DNA of 64,000 nucleotides from a virus: IMG/VR virus record IMGVR_UViG_3300045988_169645; one strand, 5' to 3'. Shown piece by piece: positions 59,306 to 64,000 of this stretch (position 1 is its first letter; each line of letters starts with the position of its first letter). The notes under the pieces were generated by a model. It saw only the letters and a program-made list of their open reading frames with translations, ran no database searches and was not told where the DNA came from. The position numbers and the translations under genes were made by a program.

Positions 59306-59710
59306 TTAAATAATGTTTCTGACTATACCAAATATCAATAACACGATTAACATTATATAAACTATAATATTTTCAAGTAAACTCAATTTATAAGGCTTAG
59401 ACTTCAGCCAAGAAACATATAATCTTATAACAAAGTATATAATAACTGGTGATAATACAAATATTACTTGATTATACTGAAAAGCCGATTTGAAATCTAA
59501 ATGTAATATAGCTAATATCATTCTTGTAATCCCACAACCTGGGCAGAGTAATCCAGTAATCTCATGGAAAAGACATGGTATTCCTATATTTAAAAAGGTT
59601 AGCAAAAGGTAATATGCTACGCACACTACCCCTGCTAACCCTGTAATTATGAGTTTCTTAGACATTAGCTCTCGTATTGATTTCACTCTGCATAATACAA
59701 TAATTGACAA
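59306..59710 (-). CDS. small membrane protein with CPGCGxTR motif (DUF2752-like)
   Basis: GLLCPGCGITRMILAIL plus 3 TM helices. Confidence 0.45.
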   Translation of the reverse strand: MSIIVLCRVKSIRELMSKKLIITGLAGVVCVAYYLLLTFLNIGIPCLFHEITGLLCPGCGITRMILAILHLDFKSAFQYNQVIFVLSPVIIYFVIRLYVSWLKSKPYKLSLLENIIVYIMLIVLLIFGIVRNII

Positions 59711-59990
59711 TACCTAAACCAAAAATCTGTAAAACTATGAATAATATTGCATGATTACCATCTGGCTTCAACATATCCATTTTCTGTCCCATTCTATAAG
59801 ACCAATACCAACCATAGATGCCACAAGTTACAAGTGTCAGTAAGAAAACTACTCCACCTGAAGTCTGGAAATCATCTTTAGCGATGGTATTCATGTCATT
59901 ATTAAGACAAATGAACCAATAAATGCCATAGATGCCACAAGTAATAATGCTAAATACTATACAAAGTACAATATTACGATTTTTTATCAT
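59658..59990 (-). CDS. small membrane protein with duplicated CGIYG(x)YW motif (DUF4234-like)
   Basis: ITCGIYGIYWFI and VTCGIYGWYWSY repeats. Confidence 0.45.
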   Translation of the reverse strand: MIKNRNIVLCIVFSIITCGIYGIYWFICLNNDMNTIAKDDFQTSGGVVFLLTLVTCGIYGWYWSYRMGQKMDMLKPDGNHAILFIVLQIFGLGIVNYCIMQSEINTRANV

Positions 59991-60034
59991 GACTAATCTC
60001 CTTTCCCATAAAGTTTATATACTATAACCAAAAC

Positions 60035-60952
60035 TTACTGGTTAATAGTCATGATAATAGATGGAAGTAAGGTATCAACCTCATCGTTAGCTAACTGACA
60101 AGTTCCTGCATTATGATGACCACCACCACCATAAGCTAAGCAAAGCTGACCAATATCAACTACCCCTGATTTGTTGATGATAGACTTACCAATCATAACT
60201 GCTGTATTCTGCTTCTTAAAGCCACAAACTACATGGATAGAATACTTAGCTTCTGGATAAAGTGCATAAATCATAAAACGATTTCCTGCATGAATAACTT
60301 CCTCATTTCTGAGGTCAAGAATAACACAATCTCCGTCTACCTTAGCAATTCTCTGAAGCTGTTCCTTGAATAACTTCTCTTGTTCGAAGTATAACTCTAC
60401 TCTTTCTTTAACATCTGGTAATTCAAGAATTTCTTCTATTGTGTGCTCAAGACAGTAATCAATGAGTTCCATCATCAAATCATAGTTTGAAATTCTAAAG
60501 TCATGGAATCTACCAAGTCCTGTTCTAGCATCCATTAAATAATGGAGTAAAACCCAACCTGATGGGTGAAGAATTTCTTCCTCAGTGAAGTCCGCTGAGT
60601 CACCTTTATCTACAGCCTCCATCAATTCATCACTAATACGAGGGAACTTATCTCTACCCCCATAATAATTGTAAAGAACCCTAGCTGCTGAACGTGCATT
60701 TGGGTCTATAATAAGTTTACCGCTTGTCTCTGTAGCTCTAAGTCTATCTTCTTCACTTTCGTGATGGTCAAAAGCAAGACCTACTCTTTGGTCATAAGGT
60801 AAATTTGTTGTGATGTCTGTCTTGAACAACTCAATTTTACCATCCTGAACATCTTTAGGATGTACGAACTTAATCTCATCAATTAACCCAATTTCTTTAA
60901 GCATCATAGCACAAGCTAAACCATCAAAATCACTTCGTGTAACTAATCTCAT
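60035..60952 (-). CDS. nrnA: NrnA-like DHH/DHHA1 phosphoesterase (nanoRNase / pAp phosphatase family)
   Basis: SDFDGLAC (motif I). AFDHHE (DHH). GGGGHHNAG (DHHA1 GGGH motif). Confidence 0.8.
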   Translation of the reverse strand: MRLVTRSDFDGLACAMMLKEIGLIDEIKFVHPKDVQDGKIELFKTDITTNLPYDQRVGLAFDHHESEEDRLRATETSGKLIIDPNARSAARVLYNYYGGRDKFPRISDELMEAVDKGDSADFTEEEILHPSGWVLLHYLMDARTGLGRFHDFRISNYDLMMELIDYCLEHTIEEILELPDVKERVELYFEQEKLFKEQLQRIAKVDGDCVILDLRNEEVIHAGNRFMIYALYPEAKYSIHVVCGFKKQNTAVMIGKSIINKSGVVDIGQLCLAYGGGGHHNAGTCQLANDEVDTLLPSIIMTINQ

Positions 60953-61012
60953 TATTTATAACTCCTTTTAACTAGATAATTGTAGTACCTCAGATAACAT
61001 ATATCAAAAGGA

Positions 61013-61423
61013 TTAATCCTCATCATAATCATCTTCATCTTCTGGCTCAAACATTGAATCATCTTCAGACTCTTTCTTCTCCTCTGACTCCTCAGAAGCT
61101 TCTGACTCTGCTTCATCCCAGTTTCCAAAATCGTCTTCATCGTAATCATCACCCTCATCATAGTCGTCATAATCGTCTGAGTCATCGTAATCTGGGTCAT
61201 AATCAGAGTCATCATTCTCAAAATCATTAAAGACTTTCTTAGCTTCCTCAACAATATCTTTACCAGTGAGTTTCTCATAAACTCCTACAGCAACTGCTGC
61301 TACCCCAACAATACTAGTTACAACTGCAAAACCTTTTGCTAATTTCTTCATCTCTCTTACCTCACGCTTTCTAAAATTTATAATTATCCCAATTAATATT
61401 AGTTCCATCTTCTTTTGAAACAA
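61013..61423 (-). CDS. membrane-anchored protein with extremely acidic Asp/Tyr/Glu-rich C-terminal tail
   Basis: Probable start MKKLAKGFAVVTSIVGVAAVAV (TM) followed by DDSDYDPDYDDSDDYDDYDEGDDYDEDD. Confidence 0.5.
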   Translation of the reverse strand: MFQKKMELILIGIIINFRKREVREMKKLAKGFAVVTSIVGVAAVAVGVYEKLTGKDIVEEAKKVFNDFENDDSDYDPDYDDSDDYDDYDEGDDYDEDDFGNWDEAESEASEESEEKKESEDDSMFEPEDEDDYDED

Positions 61424-61624
61424 TATAATCGAGGATTACTGCTGAAACTCCTAAAGTAACAATAACTACCCCTTAAGCTATTGCAACACCCTTGAAAAAC
61501 TTCTTCATTGGCTACTACCACCTTTCTAAATCAATTCATATAAATAAATCCGATATGAATATAATAAATACAAAATGAATAAAAGAACTGACCTTATAAC
61601 TGTAAAAAGCCAATTCTTATACTG

Positions 61625-61897
61625 TCATTTATAACTACCATCTACTTCCTCTCTTACTCTATATACTGTGCAAAAATTACTCAAACTCTTAAATATAGAA
61701 TCTAATTCGGAAGTATTTGGCTCTCCAATATAAACTATCCTGCCAGTACGGTCTTTACAACTTTCATCTGTTATATCAGTTAATAATATAACTGTATCAT
61801 AAATTTCCTTTAGTTCTTTAATTTTAACTATCATTCCAACTTTCAAGTCTTCTACTTTATACATAATATCTCTTCTTAATAGATTACTACTAACCAA
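61625..61897 (-). CDS. hypothetical small protein
   Basis: 90 aa ORF. Confidence 0.4.
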   Translation of the reverse strand: MVSSNLLRRDIMYKVEDLKVGMIVKIKELKEIYDTVILLTDITDESCKDRTGRIVYIGEPNTSELDSIFKSLSNFCTVYRVREEVDGSYK

Positions 61898-63144
61898 CCT
61901 CTTGAAACTGTGTCAAATAATTGACTAGCAAACTTAGGTGGTAGATTGATGCATCCATGAGAACCGCCACCCTTATAACGACTACCACCAAAATATGGTT
62001 GCCAATTTGCATCATGCAAACCAATACCAGTATTAGTTAACCTCATCCATTTATTAACCCAAGTTTTATATGTATCCCCAGTTAAATACTTACCATTAAT
62101 ACATTCAGATATGAAATAACAACCAGTCGGTGTATCACGCTTCTTCGTAGCATCGCCTGTTACTACATCAGTCTCCATAATCATTTCGCCATCTTTATAC
62201 ACCCAAAGATGCTGGTCAGCAATACTCAGTTCTATATATGTATCAGTAAGATCTTCATAGCTATAAGAGTACTCTGGTACTCTATCAGTTATACTCTCGC
62301 CTTTTTCAAACTGCTCGGTCAAATAAGCAACTTCTTTCTCAAGGCTTGGTTGACTACCCCAAGTACCTCCACTTACTTCAATCTTCTCGCCAGTATGCGT
62401 TGTAAAATCACGTGCTATACCTACAGTGCTATAAGACTTTAGAATATCTCTGATAGCTTTAGAAATCCAAGATGAATCAACAGAAATTTCTCCTGTATCA
62501 GAATCATAAATAACATATTCTGGACTTGACTTGATTTCTGAGCCGTTAGTATATTTACAACTCCAATTTTCTAAAGACTCAATTTCCTCAAATTTAGGCT
62601 CTAAGTCCTCTTTCGTGACCTGAGGTTTAATAAAATAGTCAGAAACTGTAATAGAAATAGTATCACTCGTAAGTGCATCTAAGAATGCGTTAATGTCAAT
62701 CTTATTACCATCTTCTTCTGGCACTAAGCTAAAAGTATCAGACTTTTCAATACTTGCATCAACTGGGTCAGTTGCTGTAATATTATAATTCTCAAGATAA
62801 CTTCTTAATCCATCTTTATCGAACTTCACTTCATATACTAAAGAATTATCTTTACCAGATAATGCTAAATCTATCCTCGTAAATAAACCTGCTTTAAGTA
62901 AATTTTCAACATCTACATTGTATGTAACAAACTGATTTAACTCTGGCATATCAAAAACAGGATTACTTTCTTTCAAATCTGCTGTAACTTCACTGCATAA
63001 ATCCTTATAATTATATTCTTTACCTAAAACTGTAACAGGTAAATAATCTCGTAAAAAATAGGTAGTTCCTAAAGCTACCACTGAGAGACCAACAATTCCT
63101 ACAACTAAACCAATAACTACTCTCTTCTTCAATTCTTTTCCCAT
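61876..63144 (-). CDS. membrane-anchored L,D-transpeptidase (YkuD domain)
   Basis: N-terminal TM helix. C-terminal LTNTGIGLHDANW ... GGGSHGCINLP is the YkuD catalytic His/Cys motif. Start taken at the internal ATG (MGKELKK); the ORF-track start is GTG. Confidence 0.75.
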   Translation of the reverse strand: MGKELKKRVVIGLVVGIVGLSVVALGTTYFLRDYLPVTVLGKEYNYKDLCSEVTADLKESNPVFDMPELNQFVTYNVDVENLLKAGLFTRIDLALSGKDNSLVYEVKFDKDGLRSYLENYNITATDPVDASIEKSDTFSLVPEEDGNKIDINAFLDALTSDTISITVSDYFIKPQVTKEDLEPKFEEIESLENWSCKYTNGSEIKSSPEYVIYDSDTGEISVDSSWISKAIRDILKSYSTVGIARDFTTHTGEKIEVSGGTWGSQPSLEKEVAYLTEQFEKGESITDRVPEYSYSYEDLTDTYIELSIADQHLWVYKDGEMIMETDVVTGDATKKRDTPTGCYFISECINGKYLTGDTYKTWVNKWMRLTNTGIGLHDANWQPYFGGSRYKGGGSHGCINLPPKFASQLFDTVSRGWLVVIY

Positions 63145-63146
63145 CC

Positions 63147-63944
63147 TTAAACGTGTGATACTATTGTGACGTTTAAACACGAAGTATCGTGTAAAAGGTC
63201 AAATAATTCGTTAGTTATAATTTCCCTTACAACTGGTCTCAAAGGGTAGCATTTATTCTGTGCAACAACTTCACATACTTTTCCATCACTCAATATAACT
63301 TTAGTACCTATAGGGTATAAAATAACACATCCAAGAAAAGCATTAAGAAAATTTACATCAAATTGAGGACTCATACCCAACAACATCTCAATAGCTGTAG
63401 CTTGCTCAATCATATCATCTCTATATGGGCGTTTAGTTACAAGAGCATCATATACATCTACAACACTCAATAATCTACCAAATCTATGAATTTTACTAGT
63501 TTTAACACCTAAAGGGTATCCAGTTCCATCTATTTTCTCGTGATGCATAAGAATACCCTGCTTTGTTCCTTCTGATAATTTATTATTATTCTTGACCAAG
63601 TTATATCCATAAATCGGATGTTTCTTAATCATATCAAATTCCTCATTAGTCAACTTACCTGGTTTATTTAATACTTCTTTGGGAATTTCTACTTTACCTA
63701 AGTCATGAAGCAAACCTGCTGTAGCTATATCTTGAACATCTTTATCATTCATACCAACTTTCTTAGCTACTAACATACCCATTGTTGCAACATCAACACA
63801 ATGCTTAAATGTATAATCATCACTAACTTTAAGAGAATTTATTGAAATATTGACACCATTATTCTGATTTATACTGTTTAATAGAATACTAGACGTTTCT
63901 CTAGCTGCATCTACAGAGTCAGCAGATGTTGGATTGGAGTACAT
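63147..63944 (-). CDS. HD-GYP domain phosphodiesterase (second copy)
   Basis: LLHDLGKVEIP ... HHEKIDGTGYPLGV ... VVDVYDALVTKRPY. Confidence 0.8.
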   Translation of the reverse strand: MYSNPTSADSVDAARETSSILLNSINQNNGVNISINSLKVSDDYTFKHCVDVATMGMLVAKKVGMNDKDVQDIATAGLLHDLGKVEIPKEVLNKPGKLTNEEFDMIKKHPIYGYNLVKNNNKLSEGTKQGILMHHEKIDGTGYPLGVKTSKIHRFGRLLSVVDVYDALVTKRPYRDDMIEQATAIEMLLGMSPQFDVNFLNAFLGCVILYPIGTKVILSDGKVCEVVAQNKCYPLRPVVREIITNELFDLLHDTSCLNVTIVSHV

Positions 63945-64000
63945 ATATTCTACCCCTTGTAATGCTCTATCCTTAACATCTTGCTCAAGTTCTACAATAT
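63920..64000 (-). CDS. 3' end of an upstream gene (5' part outside the window)
   Basis: Open frame ...IVELEQDVKDRALQGVEYVLQSNIC* overlapping the start of the HD-GYP gene. Confidence 0.3.

Noticed and set aside
60952-61278. ORF-track entry 60952..61278 (108 aa, M/T/Q/I-rich)
   Set aside because: Alternative-frame shadow of the acidic-tail gene 61013..61423. Its low-complexity composition mirrors the GAT/GAC repeats, and it has no independent start signal.
1-64000. CRISPR arrays, tRNA/rRNA genes, integrase/att sites, capsid/terminase/tail genes
   Set aside because: - No regularly spaced direct repeats and no cloverleaf-like GC-rich 70-90 nt islands were seen in the intergenic gaps.
- No recombinase or structural-protein motifs were recognised.
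- The window appears to be a purely early / replication / accessory region.

Overview
The window is AT-rich (roughly one-third GC by eye), densely packed, and every credible gene lies on the minus strand. Gene content points to the replication / early / host-takeover region of a large (jumbo-type) virulent phage of a low-GC host. It includes:
- a family-A DNA polymerase carrying a LAGLIDADG intein;
- a RecD/Dda-like SF1B helicase, a Toprim primase-like protein, a possible gp32-like ssDNA-binding protein, and a phage sigma-70 factor;
- a SAMHD1/Dgt-like dNTPase, an orphan N6-adenine methyltransferase, a lambda-PPase-like phosphatase, and a HipA-like kinase.
No capsid, terminase, tail, tRNA, rRNA or CRISPR features were recognisable. 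Host sigma-A-type consensus promoters and Rho-independent terminators were found on the minus strand.

Observations worth following up:
1. The heptamer GGGGTAG (plus strand CTACCCC) occurs roughly 85 times on the coding strand and essentially never in the opposite orientation. Almost every GGGG run on that strand is part of it. This looks like a polar Chi-, KOPS- or primase-site-like signal.
2. Three tandem paralogues carry a signal peptide and a variable hydrolase head (lysozyme-like, papain/C39-like, unknown) on a conserved C-terminal two-helix membrane module. The middle copy is interrupted by an in-frame TGA.
3. A phage-borne NfeD-flotillin-FtsH membrane-microdomain module sits next to a retropepsin-like protease. 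The flotillin gene carries a -1 frameshift.
4. A nucleotide-signal and ADP-ribose erasing set is present: two HD-GYP proteins, one HD protein, a NrnA-like DHH protein, and an adjacent JAB + PARG-macro pair.
5. A HipA-like kinase, PilT-like ATPase, zinc-ribbon/Vsr-like endonuclease and PPase cluster.
6. A standalone TnpB element inserted immediately upstream of an HD-GYP gene.
7. A LigA C-terminal-only (Zn-HhH-BRCT) protein.
8. Two large paralogous proteins of unknown function.
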